Part shown: positions 1 through 11,374 of the stretch, piece by piece
How positions within the stretch are numbered: position 1 is the stretch's first letter
Layout of the letters: the number at the start of each line of letters is the position of its first letter
NCBI GenBank assembly: GCA_973895155.1
Contig: OZ316892.1
Span: 7,857,251-7,921,250, forward strand
Length of the DNA stretch: 64,000 nt
From: Marsupella aquatica
Lineage: Eukaryota > Plantae > Marchantiophyta
Direction of reading: 5' to 3'
Made by a program: the position numbers and the translations under genes
The notes under the pieces: generated by a model
What the model was told of the DNA's origin: nothing
The model's database searches: none
Seen by the model: only the letters and a program-made list of their open reading frames with translations

Positions 1-855
1 TGGGTTGCATATCTCAGTCATCTATTGAAGTTGATTATGGGTTGGCTTGGGTTGAACCAGGGCGCTGCCTCCTCACTTGTTCAACTGTACACCTTCTTAA
101 GGGCTGGGAGCTTGGGGGCTGGGCTCATCCTTGGAGGGCTACGGCATGAGCTTAAGGCACTAGGAAGGGGGGAATAGAGGATTAGTCCACTAGGTAGGCA
201 GCAAGGAGAGGGTCAAGGGAGGTGTTGCGATCTGAACTTATACTATTCCCTGTAGTAAAGACTCATGTGTAAGCCTTAGTCTTGAAGCAGCTATCTAGTG
301 AGATGTGAATCTAGTGAGTATGTATGTAGACTCAGGTGGGACTCAACACCAGATAGGTGAAGCTTGAAGCTTATGGATGAGAGCAAGATCTATACTTGTC
401 TTGTTGTGATAGAAAGTAGTAGTCTTGAAGTCCTTCGTGAAGGAAGAAGGGGACCCTCTTCTGTGACGGCTATATTACGAGTCTACGGGGACAGCTTGTG
501 GGTATGCACTTACCGTGTTGGGATCGGAAGTGGGGTTGAGTGAGCGTTTCCCAGTGGGGAAGCAGGGGAATGGTAGCCAACCCTCGAGGTTATCTTTCCA
601 GTTATGGAAATAAAACTACCAGGATAGGTGTGTGAGTGAGAAGGAAGGGAGTTAAGAAGAAAGAGACCTCCGATCCTACTATTTGCCCGTCCTAGGAACT
701 CGGACAATGATAAGAAGGGGCATAAGTGGTGAAGTTAGCTCTAGTGGAGAGTTAAGCCCCATTGCAATGTGTTGACAAATTAGCAAAAGTCTACTACAAG
801 GTATTCTTTCACGTTGGCAAGAGTATGTGTAAGTTGAAGATTCATTAAACAAAAG

Positions 856-1200
856 TGCATATCTCAATCATCTATTGAAGTTGATTATGTAGCACTAGCA
901 GAGGCAACAAATGAGGCTATAGCTTAGGGAAGTTGGCTAATGATTTGGGGATTCCATAGGAGAGATGAATTTTCATTATGATAGCAATAGTGCTATATAT
1001 ATTGCGGCAAACCAGGTAAGACATGACAGGGTAAAACACATTGATATAAGACACCACTTTCTCAAGCTAATGCTTGTTGACAAAAGATCATTGAGTTATC
1101 AAGATTCATGGGAAACTCAATTTGACTCATATGCTAACCAAAGTCAATCTTTTGGCTAGTTTCACCAAGCATTGTGCAATGCTTCAAAATTTGCACAAAG
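856..1200 (+). pseudogene. Degraded Ty1/copia RNase H fragment
   Basis: Translates as CISQSSIEVDYVALAEATNEAI* ... DSNSAIYIAANQVRHDRVKHIDIRHHFLK. This parallels the RNase H of the copia at 30786-31943 (CIAQSTTEAEYVAAAEATKEAI...DSQSALHLAVNQVMDNRVKHIDVRYHF). Contains stops and frameshifts. Confidence 0.85.
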
Positions 1201-1439
1201 ATGATAGTGTTAGTCTTTTTGTATATGCATTCTCTGTCCTATCATGAGAAGGGAGCAATATTGATTTACTTGGATTTCCCAAGGAAATTCCCAAGGAGAT
1301 ACATATGGGTAACAAGAGCTAGTACTAAGTAGGTAAGTAGTTTATTTCTATGTATGATTGCTATGTGACAATTTGTCAACTTGGGCTTAGTTCTAGTTAA
1401 CTCTTAGGTATAAAGAGAAAACTTATTGGTTTTATCTTC

Positions 1440-2070
1440 TAGATGTGACTATTCTAGATGTGACAATGCTTACGTTTTCTCCCCAAGAGTTGGTTCATTG
1501 GGATGTGACAATGCTGAGTTGCACGTTTCTCCCCATTAAAGAGAAGGTTCTCAATGTTCAATGCAACGGTGCTCAATTGCATGTTTTCTCCTCGGGAGAT
1601 GGTTCACTGGATGTGACGGTGCTCAGTTACTGTTTTCTCCCTATGAGTGAGTGAGCTCACCAGATGCAACGGTAGTCAATTGCTCCCCGGCCTACAGTTC
1701 ACTAGATGCAAGGGTGTTCAGTTGCACTTTTTCTCCCTATGAGATACTACACCGGGATGCGACAGTGCTAAATTGCACATCTTCCCCCCAAGCGACGGTG
1801 TATAGAGACTCTTCATTAGGTGCGACGGTGCTCCGTTGCATGTGGTCTCTCCAAGGCAGGTTCACAAATGCGACGGTGCTCAGTTGCATGTTTTTGCCCC
1901 TCGAGACGGTTCACTGGATGGGACGGTGCTCAGTTGTCTCCCCTAGAGACTGTGCAAGAGACGGTTCACTGGATCCGACGGTGCTCAGTCGGACCTTTTC
2001 GATGCGAGAGACGGTCAGAGACGGTGCACAGTTGCTTGCTTCTGTTCTACGCGACGGCGCTCAGTTTCTA
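1440..2070 (+). repeat. Degenerate tandem repeat (~55-60 bp unit) just upstream of the helicase gene
   Basis: About 12-14 copies of the core GATG(C/T)GAC(G/A)(G/A)TGCTCAGTTG, usually followed by TTTCTCCCC..GAGACGGTTCACTG. Confidence 0.85.
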
Positions 2071-2344
2071 TTCCCACCTCAGCAACGGCAGGAGTCACCC
2101 CTCCTTTTCCTTCAGCAGAAGACGACCCTCTTTTCCTCTCGATCGGTCCTCTGTGTGTCTGATCTCGATCCACTCAAACCACATTCTCCACCACAACGAA
2201 CAATCTCTGATTCTCTGGTACTCCAAATCTCTCTCTGCCTCCACAATCGCCAGGAAGACGAACTGCAGCAGAGCAGAAAAGTTGTCGACGGTCGGTCGGT
2301 CGGCAGGCAGGACACACGACGACTCAGGGAGACCTGCTGCACCA

Positions 2345-2648
2345 GTAAGTTAGTGTCCTCTGTTTCGTTTCCTCTCCTCCCTCTCGCGTCGTCGCGTGCG
2401 ATCCTATCCTCGCAATGATGCTCTCTTCGGCTCTCGCGATAGGTAGAATGGCATGAGATGGGATGGGATTTCTGACTTCAATTGATTTCAATTTATTAGG
2501 TGTAGTGTTTACCTCTTCTTCTCCTGAGCGAAGAAAAATTGTGGGAAGAATTGTGAGGCTCGTTTTTCTGCTGCTTGCCCTAATCACGACGAGCGCATTT
2601 TTTTTGGGCAATGGTTGCTTGGTGGATTGATTGATTGATTGGTCGCAG
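2345..2648 (+). other. Putative 5'-UTR intron of the DEAD-box helicase gene
   Basis: GTAAGT donor at 2345 follows a CT-rich leader; T-rich body; candidate acceptor CGCAG ending at 2648 (alternative TTTAG ending at 2770). Confidence 0.4.
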
Positions 2649-2801
2649 GAACATCTTACCTCTGCTTTTACTGTGTCCTCGTTGATTGCTTGGCAATTGA
2701 AACGAGGACGTTGGTTCTGGAGTTGTGATTCTGCGACACGGATTGAATTTCTGAGTTGTTGTGGAGTTTAGGGTTTTGTGGCGGGAGCCTGTACTGAGTG
2801 C

Positions 2802-2840
2802 ATGGCAGGGACAGCAGCGGGAGCAGCAGGAGCGGCATAG
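2802..2840 (+). promoter_or_regulatory. Short upstream ORF (MAGTAAGAAGAA*) ending 1 nt before the helicase ATG
   Basis: ATG at 2802, TAG at 2838-2840, main ATG at 2842. Confidence 0.5.
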
Positions 2841-2841
2841 G

Positions 2842-5800
2842 ATGGGTGCAAATGGGAAATTGGACGAGGAATCTCTCGGGGTGTCGAAGAAAGGGTCTCG
2901 AGATCGCCATCTGCGCAAGAGAGAGTATTACGACGATGTCGACGACGTGGAGATCATCACGGAGAAGAGCAGCAAGAGGGACAGCGATCGGTCCAGGAAA
3001 GAGGATCATAAATCCAGCGACAGGGCGGAGAGAAACAGAGACAGAGATCAAGAGAAAGTGAGAGACAAGGAGGAGAAGCGTGCGAAGGACAGGGATAGCG
3101 GTGCAGAGAAGCCGGCGGAGAAAGAGAGGGATAGAGCTAAGGATAAAGGTAGAGAGAAGGAACGAGATAGGGAAAAGGATAGAGAGGGTCGTGGGAAATC
3201 GAGGGAGAGGGAACGAGAGAAGGACCGGGAGAAATCCAAGCGGAAGGAGAAACACAGAGACCGTGATGGAGAGTCGGACGATTTGGTGAGGGACAAAGAT
3301 AGGGAGAAAAGGGAGAAAGATAAGTACCGAGATGAACCAGAAGGATACCGAGAGAGGGATAGAGAAAAAGACGAGGAGAGGAGAAGGGAGAAGGAGGCAG
3401 CGAAGGAAAAGAGACGGGAGAAGGAGAAGAGAGACCGATACTTCGAGAAGAGAGAGCGTGAGAAGCACGAGAAAGGGGACGAGGAGGAGAAGGACCGAGA
3501 TCGGAAAAAGAGGAGGAAAGAGGAAGATGTGGACCTCATTCATGACAAAAAACACGAGACCGAGGAAAATGATTTGGATTTGGATGAGGAGCAGAGGAAG
3601 CTGGATGAGGAAATGGAAAAACGGCGGCGGAGAGTGCAGGAGTGGCAAGAGCTTAAGCGTCGGAAAGAGGAGGATGAACGGAAGAAAAGGGGTGACACCG
3701 ACGTGGCTGAGGAGTCGGTTGCGAATGGTAAGGCATGGACACTAGAGGGGGATGATTCAGATGACGATGAGGAGGGAGTGAAGGAGGGTCAGCAGCCCTC
3801 TGCAACCAAGGTCATGGCATTTGAGAATGGGGACGTTGTCATGACAGAGAGCAAGGAGGATCCCTTAGGGTTAGAGGACGCTGTGGAGAAAATGGAGGAC
3901 GATAGCGACGATCAGGTGCAGGAATCGGTTGCGAAACAGGATGATGATGACGAGATTGACCCACTCGATGCGTTTATGAATGCGATGGTTATTCCTGAAG
4001 TTGAGAAGATGAGTCAGGACCCCATTCTGTCTGAATCTGCACCGATTGTAGGTCTCAAAGGGAGCACGGCCCAGCGACCGAAAGAGGTCAAAGTTTTCGA
4101 TAAGAGTGGGAAGGCCATAAAGAGGGAGGCAAAATTAGCAACTGGCAGAATTATTGCTGGTGAGGATTCCGCATCAGATGTTGACTATGGAGAGGATGGA
4201 GAAGAGATTGTGGGCGAAGAAGACGACGATGATTTCATGAAGAGAGTGAAAAAGAGCAAGGCTGAAAAGTTGGCCCTTGTGGACCATTCTAAAGTTCAAT
4301 ATTCCACCTTCAGAAAGAACTTTTACATAGAAGTGAAGGAGATTTCTAGGATGACACCAGAGGAGACATCAGCTTTACGAAAGGAATTGGAGTTGAAGGT
4401 GAGAGGGAAGGAGATACCGCAACCTATCAAAACATGGAACCAGACAGGTCTTAGTTCCAAAGTCTTAGATGTCATAAAAAAATTGGGGTTTGAGAAGCCA
4501 ATGTCAATTCAAGCCCAGGCCCTCCCCATTATTATGAGCGGAAGGGATTGCATTGGTGTTGCGAAGACAGGCTCTGGGAAGACATTGGCCTTTGTTCTCC
4601 CCATGCTCCGACACATAATGGACCAACCTCCCCTGGCTCAAGGCGACGGGCCCATTGGGCTGATCATGGCTCCAACGCGAGAGCTAGTTCAGCAAATCTA
4701 CAGTGACATTAAGAAATTCTCGAAGGGTATGGGACTGACTTGTGTTCCTGTTTATGGGGGCTCGGGGGTTGCACAGCAGATCAGCGACCTCAAGAGGGGT
4801 GCGGAGATCGTTGTCTGTACGCCTGGCAGGATGATTGATATCTTGTGCACAAGTGCAGGGAAGATAATGAACTTGCGCCGGGTCACCTATCTAGTGATGG
4901 ATGAGGCCGACCGTATGTTTGATATGGGTTTTGAGCCGCAGATCACAAGGATTGTGCAGAACACTAGACCTGACCGTCAAACTGTATTGTTTTCAGCTAC
5001 CTTTCCGAGACAGGTAGAAGTCCTCGCTAGGAAGGTTTTGAATAAACCAGTGGAGATACAAGTTGGAGGCCGAAGTGTGGCCAACAAAGACATAACACAA
5101 ACTGTGGAGGTGCGTCCGGACAGTGAAAGATTCCTGCGACTGTTGGAGTTGCTCGGAGAGTGGTATGAAAAAGGCAAGATTCTTATCTTTGTTCATTCTC
5201 AAGAAAAATGTGATAGTCTTTTCAAAGATTTATTGAGAGCTGGTTACCCCTGTTTGTCTCTGCATGGCGCTAAGGATCAAACAGATCGGGAGTCCACTCT
5301 TGCAGACTTTAAGTCCAATGTTTGCAACTTGATGATTGCCACTAGCGTTGCTGCAAGGGGGTTGGATGTGAAGGAACTGGAGTTGGTCGTTAATTACGAT
5401 GTTCCCAATCATTACGAGGATTATGTCCATCGTGTGGGTCGAACTGGGAGAGCTGGCCGCAAGGGTGTTGCTGTTACTTTCATCTCCACCGATGAAGAGA
5501 GATATGCTCCAGATCTCATGAAAGCGTTAGCACTCTCAGAGCAGCCAATACCTGATGATCTGAAAAAGTTGGCGGACGATTTTATGAGTAAAGTGAAACA
5601 AGGCAGCGAACAAGTACATGGAAGTGGTTATGGTGGAAGTGGGTTCAAATTCAACGAGGAAGAAGAGGAGGCTCGAAAGGCCGCAAAGAAAGCTCAGGCT
5701 AAAGAATATGGATTCGAGGAGGACGAGGACAAATCAGATTCTGAGTCTGAGGATGACGGTATTCGCAAAGCCGGTGGGGACTTGGCCCAGGCTGCAGCTG

Positions 5801-6600
5801 CAGCTGCTCATGCTGCTGCGATTGCTGCTGCGGCAAAGGCAGGAATTACTTCCATTGGAACTCCGACTCTCGGAGTTGGAGGAATGGCAGCTGGAAATCA
5901 ACAATTGCAAGCTGCGCTTGCCATGGCACAAGCTGCTGCAGCTAGCCAGGGTTTGCCAACACAATTCTCGGTTCCTGGTTCATTAGGGGTTAGTGGAATG
6001 GGATTCCCAGGTTTGAATTTGAGTGGCATGCCAGGCATGGGAATGAATATGAACATGATGAACATGGCTGGTATGGCAAATATGGCAAACATGGCTGGAA
6101 TGGCGGGAATGCCTGGGATGTCAGCAATGGCCGGGATGCCTGGTATGGGGTCATTGGGTATGCTAGGAATGGGCTTGCCACAGAGTAGCACACCAGGAAA
6201 TCTGAACGATGGAGCAGCAAGGGCTTCCGCATTTGCAGCGGCACTCAACTTGCAACACAACCTGGCCAAAATTCAGGCTGAGGCGATTCCCGAGCATTAC
6301 GAGGCAGAGCTGGAAATCAATGACTTCCCTCAGCATGCTCGATGGAAGGTGACTCATAAGGATGCCCTTGGGCAAATAAGTGAATGGACTGGTGCTGCAA
6401 TCACAACTCGTGGACAGTTTTTCCCAGCTGGCAAAGTCCCTGCTCCTGGAGAGCGGAAGCTCTTTTTGTTCATTGAGGGGCCAACAGAGGCATCTGTTAA
6501 GAAGGCCAAAGCTGAGGTGAAGCGTCTTCTGGAAGAGTCCACATCTGCAGCCACTTCACTCCCTGTGACCGTACAACCTGGGAAGTATTCTGTACTATGA
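2842..6600 (+). CDS. RH42: DEAD-box ATP-dependent RNA helicase, PRP5/DDX46/RH42 type (U2 prespliceosome assembly)
   Basis: RE/RD/RK-rich N-terminus and DPLDAFM motif. Helicase motifs: AKTGSGKT (I), PTREL (Ia), TPGR (Ib), DEAD (II), SAT (III), ARGLD (V), HRVGRTGRAG (VI). C-terminal KH-like ELEINDFPQ..RWKVT...GAAITTRG. First in-frame ATG is at 2842; the ORF track starts at GTG 2761. Confidence 0.95.
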   Translation: MGANGKLDEESLGVSKKGSRDRHLRKREYYDDVDDVEIITEKSSKRDSDRSRKEDHKSSDRAERNRDRDQEKVRDKEEKRAKDRDSGAEKPAEKERDRAKDKGREKERDREKDREGRGKSREREREKDREKSKRKEKHRDRDGESDDLVRDKDREKREKDKYRDEPEGYRERDREKDEERRREKEAAKEKRREKEKRDRYFEKREREKHEKGDEEEKDRDRKKRRKEEDVDLIHDKKHETEENDLDLDEEQRKLDEEMEKRRRRVQEWQELKRRKEEDERKKRGDTDVAEESVANGKAWTLEGDDSDDDEEGVKEGQQPSATKVMAFENGDVVMTESKEDPLGLEDAVEKMEDDSDDQVQESVAKQDDDDEIDPLDAFMNAMVIPEVEKMSQDPILSESAPIVGLKGSTAQRPKEVKVFDKSGKAIKREAKLATGRIIAGEDSASDVDYGEDGEEIVGEEDDDDFMKRVKKSKAEKLALVDHSKVQYSTFRKNFYIEVKEISRMTPEETSALRKELELKVRGKEIPQPIKTWNQTGLSSKVLDVIKKLGFEKPMSIQAQALPIIMSGRDCIGVAKTGSGKTLAFVLPMLRHIMDQPPLAQGDGPIGLIMAPTRELVQQIYSDIKKFSKGMGLTCVPVYGGSGVAQQISDLKRGAEIVVCTPGRMIDILCTSAGKIMNLRRVTYLVMDEADRMFDMGFEPQITRIVQNTRPDRQTVLFSATFPRQVEVLARKVLNKPVEIQVGGRSVANKDITQTVEVRPDSERFLRLLELLGEWYEKGKILIFVHSQEKCDSLFKDLLRAGYPCLSLHGAKDQTDRESTLADFKSNVCNLMIATSVAARGLDVKELELVVNYDVPNHYEDYVHRVGRTGRAGRKGVAVTFISTDEERYAPDLMKALALSEQPIPDDLKKLADDFMSKVKQGSEQVHGSGYGGSGFKFNEEEEEARKAAKKAQAKEYGFEEDEDKSDSESEDDGIRKAGGDLAQAAAAAAHAAAIAAAAKAGITSIGTPTLGVGGMAAGNQQLQAALAMAQAAAASQGLPTQFSVPGSLGVSGMGFPGLNLSGMPGMGMNMNMMNMAGMANMANMAGMAGMPGMSAMAGMPGMGSLGMLGMGLPQSSTPGNLNDGAARASAFAAALNLQHNLAKIQAEAIPEHYEAELEINDFPQHARWKVTHKDALGQISEWTGAAITTRGQFFPAGKVPAPGERKLFLFIEGPTEASVKKAKAEVKRLLEESTSAATSLPVTVQPGKYSVL

Positions 6601-8789
6601 TCATGGGGAAACACGTAGTCAGGGTGGTGGGGTTATATCTCTATAGTCCGTGGCATTTTATTAACATTGCGCAATGATTGGTAGGTAGGAAGGCAAAGTA
6701 GAGCTTGAGCAGGTAACCATGTGAAAAAATTTCGTTTCCTTGTCACCCCTTGTTTGTATCTGACACTATACATTAAGACCGAGTTAATTGATGGAGCGAA
6801 TTGGGTCTTCCAAGCATTGACACAGGCCCACATTTTGGCTTTGCAGGAGTTGCTTGGCAGAACAGGCATGGGCCTTGTCGACCTTTCGCTGATGAAGTTT
6901 TCATTCACACCTTTACATCTTATTTGGCCTGGTCCGTCCAATTGCATGATGCTATTGTTTATTGTTCCAGTGATTCATGTAGAATCCAGTCATATTTGAC
7001 ATTATGGGCTGTTCAGCCATTTTTTGTGAAGGAACTAATTCCGAGCTTTAAGCAGCTGAGTGTAGTGCCTCGGATCCCTGGCTCAAGGCATGGCAAAAAT
7101 GCACCAGCAAGTAAGTAATCGTCATTCTCTTGTCATCCTCCTCTCTAACCATCCCCACCAGAAATTCCATCCCTTCTCTACCCTGTGCTCTTGGGGGAAC
7201 AGCTTACTTCTCAGAAGTAATCTGGCAATCCACCTAAATACCTTGCTTAACCTTTGACAATGTAAGCTTTGATGGAATGAAGCCATGTTGTATGATACAG
7301 GGCTTGAATTCTTGTAACATGATCCAACTTCAAGGATTGTGTTCTTCACATCTCTCATTGGACTGGTTGCTTGTTGGGTAGCCCTCCCGTTGTGGCAATC
7401 TTTCCGGCAAGAGCCCTAGGAGCTTTTCTGTCAGGGTATGAAAATGTTGGGAAGGTCCCCTCTGAGTTTTTCCATTTCTGATGTAGTTATTGCTCAATTG
7501 AAAGAATGCAGTAGACCATATTCATGACTGGATGGCTCCTGATCTGCTTGATATTCTCACCGTCGGGATTGTCATATCCTGCAACCTCTGGCCTAGAGCT
7601 ACTCAAACCAGCAAAGTAACTGATACAGCTTAATCTGTGGTGGGGAGATTGTGGTGAGAGTTCTTTGTCCGAAAGTCTTGTACCAGCCAAGGACGGATTA
7701 GATGGCAGTCAATCTAAGTGTCTATTTATAGCATGAATTCTGAGAGGAGCACCCGCTGAACTTAAGAGTACCTGTAACCATATAAGTTGCTGAAACCAAT
7801 GCGTCCTGACTTTGCTGTCACATGGTTAGAAGTGGCAAATCTCTACTCCCAGCATGTCTGCTTCTTGAATTGCTGGCTGGAACACAGATCCATATGTGTT
7901 CCTGTCATGTATTGATACCTGTACCAGCAATGCACTGTAGATCCAAGCTGCAGTCACTGGCTGTTGGAGTAACAACATAGCTGTTTTACTGGTATGATTG
8001 TCCTATGCTTCTCAGCTTCTTCTTCAGACCTCCTCGGTTGAGATGTTTTCCGAGGTCGTCAATTACCCAATCACTGCTCGGGTTCGATTGAGTTATTTGA
8101 TCGAGGGTTGCTACCAGTCACTTCGGGTTGGATGTGTTATCTTGTCTATCTCTTAGCCTTGTATGGGATATGTCGGTCTGTCTGTCTGTTTGTCGACGCT
8201 TTGTGTAGAGTATGCTATATTTTCCAATCTTTAAGTCTGTCATATGACATTCGTTTACAGTGGACAGGTGATCATGGGGCTTCAGGGGACTAGTTCAGGG
8301 AACTGCATTCATGAAAGGCTGCAGGATGGTATCCATCGAGAATCTTGAATGGAGAAATATGCTACAAGCCGAAAGCTTACCAACAGATAGTAATTGTAGT
8401 CTAGCTAATACCAAGGCTAACTGTATCGAGGAGTAAGTTTTCTATACATGCACCTTGGGAGCTTCTCTTGTTTGTGATCAAGAGTCTTGTAATGGACGAG
8501 TCAAAAGTTTACAGTCGACCAAAGCGTTGTTAGCTCGCACAAAAATATGGCATGATGTTTGTCCTATTTTGACGAAACGTTGGGTTTCCAGAGCTGCATG
8601 GAAATAGCTGGTGTGAGGAAGACTGCAAGTCGAAGTGCATAAAACCTGCTCGATCGAAAATTAACACAGTAGTGAACAAAGACATGACCACTACAAGTCA
8701 AGTTCCACAACACAAATCAGATTAAAAAGGGAAACTTGTTTTGGCGAAACGTCGTTCATGTATGACACTACAGAAAGCAATCTATAAAA

Positions 8790-9060
8790 CCGATCTCCCC
8801 CAAGTTATTGATCTCTGGATCGCTCTCCCTTCAATTATTCTCTGGTTCGAGCAGGACATGTTTTCATCTTGAAAGATGGTGAACCATCCATGACAACCTG
8901 ATAACCATGTCCTGTGGATCTGTCTCCCTGCGGTCATTCTCTGGCCCCAGCAGGATATGTTTTCAACTTAGTGGCAAACCATAGATGACAACATGATGGC
9001 CTTGGCCCGGCCTCCCTTAAATTTCCCTGGCCCCAGCAGGATATGTTATCTGTTCGAAGA
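8790..9060 (+). repeat. Short degenerate tandem repeats
   Basis: Three to four copies of TCTCCC..TTATTCTCTGG(CCC)..AGCAGGA(C/T)ATGTTTTC and two of AACCAT..ATGACAAC(C/A)TGAT. Confidence 0.55.
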
Positions 9061-10094
9061 TATACATCATTTTACTCAAGTACCTCTGGTCAAGCATGGT
9101 GTTTTCACTTTGGAAGCATATTGATTCATTCATGCACCTTTGGTCAAATTTGCAAGTATGAGTTTTTGTAAGTTTTCACGAGCAGGACCGTAGCGTTTGC
9201 CTAATTGCCAGTGTAGTGGACTTGTCCCAGAAACCCAAGGTCAGGTTTGAACCTTGCCCCTGGTGAAATTACCATAGTTTCTACTTTACTTCGGACAGCC
9301 AAAACTCACTTGGAGCTGAGGCTGAAATGATCAGAGTTACATTATCCCAAGTCACAGAAAACAGGAAAGAAATGGAAACCAAATGTTGCCCCCAACTAAG
9401 AATGCTCAAGTGCATGAAGAGGGAATTGCTAGAGGCCAAGCTCATGTCTACTTACATCTTTCTTGGGTAATTGATGGAAGAGGACTCACTCCATCTTGTT
9501 CCTTCCCCAACTAAAGTAAACTGAACCACCCAAAAAACCAGCGGTTGCTAAAACAGAAGAGCATCATAATTACCGGTAGGATGCTAAAGAATACCACGGG
9601 TTACAAGAATACTTACATAGAAATAGGGTAAGAGTAAATTATGGTGTTCACAACACCTAAATTAGATAAATTTCATTATTAAATACATTTCATAAAGTTA
9701 AATTGTCATCTAAGATTTAAAATAGAAGCATTTATAGGATATTTTCCTATCAAATAGGGGTATTTAGATTAGGATAGGTTCACACATGGTATCCTAAAAA
9801 TTCTACTGATTCAGCCACCAGAGTCTCATAGTCATTCCTTCAGTGGACTCAAATGGCTGATGTGCATATACATACTTTCACAATATGAAATAGTTGACAT
9901 AGTCTAATGATCAAGTACATTAAGACCTTGCAAAGACCACTCACCTCAGTGCATTTGAAGAGTAATTTTGTAAGGTCTAAAACTTAGGAGGAAGAACATA
10001 GTCACTCCTTGTAAATTGTCAAACACAATTGCTAATGTGTACCTACAATGAATACCCTGTTTTTCTTTAGTCAAAATTGGAGAAACCTAGACAT

Positions 10095-10454
10095 TGTTGA
10101 TATTTATCTTAAGTGTCTGGTTAGGTTATTTGAAGCACAAGTTAACCATAGGTAAGGGCCACCAAGGTTAGACTAGTGGAAAGGGGTTATACCCTAGAGG
10201 AACACTTCATTGTGCTCACACTTAGACATCAATTTCAAGGGGAGAGGAAGTCAGGGAGAGAAGAGTATATAGCCACAAGGCAGCTTGTGGTTTGGCAGGC
10301 TATGGATGATGTACAATGTTGTGCACAGTGAATTTCCTCTCTTGGTGGTGGATGTCTAGCCTAGACAAGATGACCATGTATCTCTAAGTCGGTATCAGTT
10401 GTATATTATACACTAGTTCTGTGTAATATTGTGGAGTGAGATTTTACCCCAACA
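10095..10454. mobile_element. Solo LTR (360 bp), probably Ty1/copia
   Basis: TGTTG...CAACA termini; perfect 5-bp TSD GACAT at 10090-10094 and 10455-10459; TATA-like GTATATAG near 10265. Confidence 0.85.
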
Positions 10455-11374
10455 GACATAGGATTATTTTTAAGCCATTTTGAATTTGTCTAACCATTCT
10501 AGGTAATGTTAGAGTGTATCATACTATCTAGATCCGTATGTTTAGTATGTGGACTATATGAGCCGATAAGGTTCTGTTAGGTTTGTGTGAGAGAGTAGTT
10601 CTCTCGTGTGAGGCATCAAAAGGGTTATCTTTCGATGTTGAGCCTGAAGTTGAAAGCTTAGCTATGGTGGCTGAGAGCTCTCTTATGTAACGTGGATTCC
10701 TTGAAGCACAAGGTGCATTGGGCTTGATATACGTGTGTGATCGCATTGGACGGATCGATGTCGGTTGTTGTTCCATTTTCTGCACTTGAAAAGATTACAT
10801 CGAAAGATCACTGCAAGTTGATCCGAAATGGTTTCGAAGCTTGCTGTATTGCAGAGTTGATCCATGGTAGCTTGGATCGTGGAGAGCTTGTTGGTTGATT
10901 TGTGTTAGCTCAACTAAGATCAGTCGCTAGTTGATTGGGGATTGTGAGCTATTGATTGCTCTGAGAGCGCAGCTTGGTGCTGTTTTGCAACTCTCTTATA
11001 GTTTGTTCATTGAAGTCCTATTGAAGTTGATTACCAGATTGACATTTGGATCTTGTCAAATATGGCAATGAGGGACTGATCGAAGATCAGAAGGCGCTTC
11101 GAGTGCTGGTTGCTACATTGCGTTTTTGGAGTTCTAGTCCTTATTGATTGCATTTCAGCATTGCAAGGGTTTTTGCGGATTTGAGGTTTGTTGATGGATA
11201 GTGCATTTTTATGAAGCAAGTGACAATCGAATGTTGGTGAATTTTGTTGTCGGCGTCGCGATGGAGTCCGCGTTGAGACGAGGTGCGGCGATGACCTAGG
11301 GCACAAGGAAAACGACAATAGTGTTGAACAGTACTTTTGTCCAAGAATTGTGACGTGTTTTGTGGCGCACCTTG

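Noticed and set aside
1651-2418. 255-aa and 177-aa ORFs upstream of the helicase
   Set aside because: They are translations of the tandem repeat and 5' leader, use non-ATG starts and contain no domain.
2761-2841. N-terminal extension of the helicase from GTG 2761
   Set aside because: The gene is eukaryotic, so the first in-frame ATG at 2842 is the more plausible start.
2668-3648. 326-aa hydrophobic minus-strand ORF
   Set aside because: Antisense shadow of the purine-rich RE/RD region of the helicase.
10500-11350. Possible gag of the DNMT-Gypsy or a LINE ORF1 remnant
   Set aside because: Only short stop-ridden frames with no recognisable gag or zinc-knuckle motif; left unassigned.
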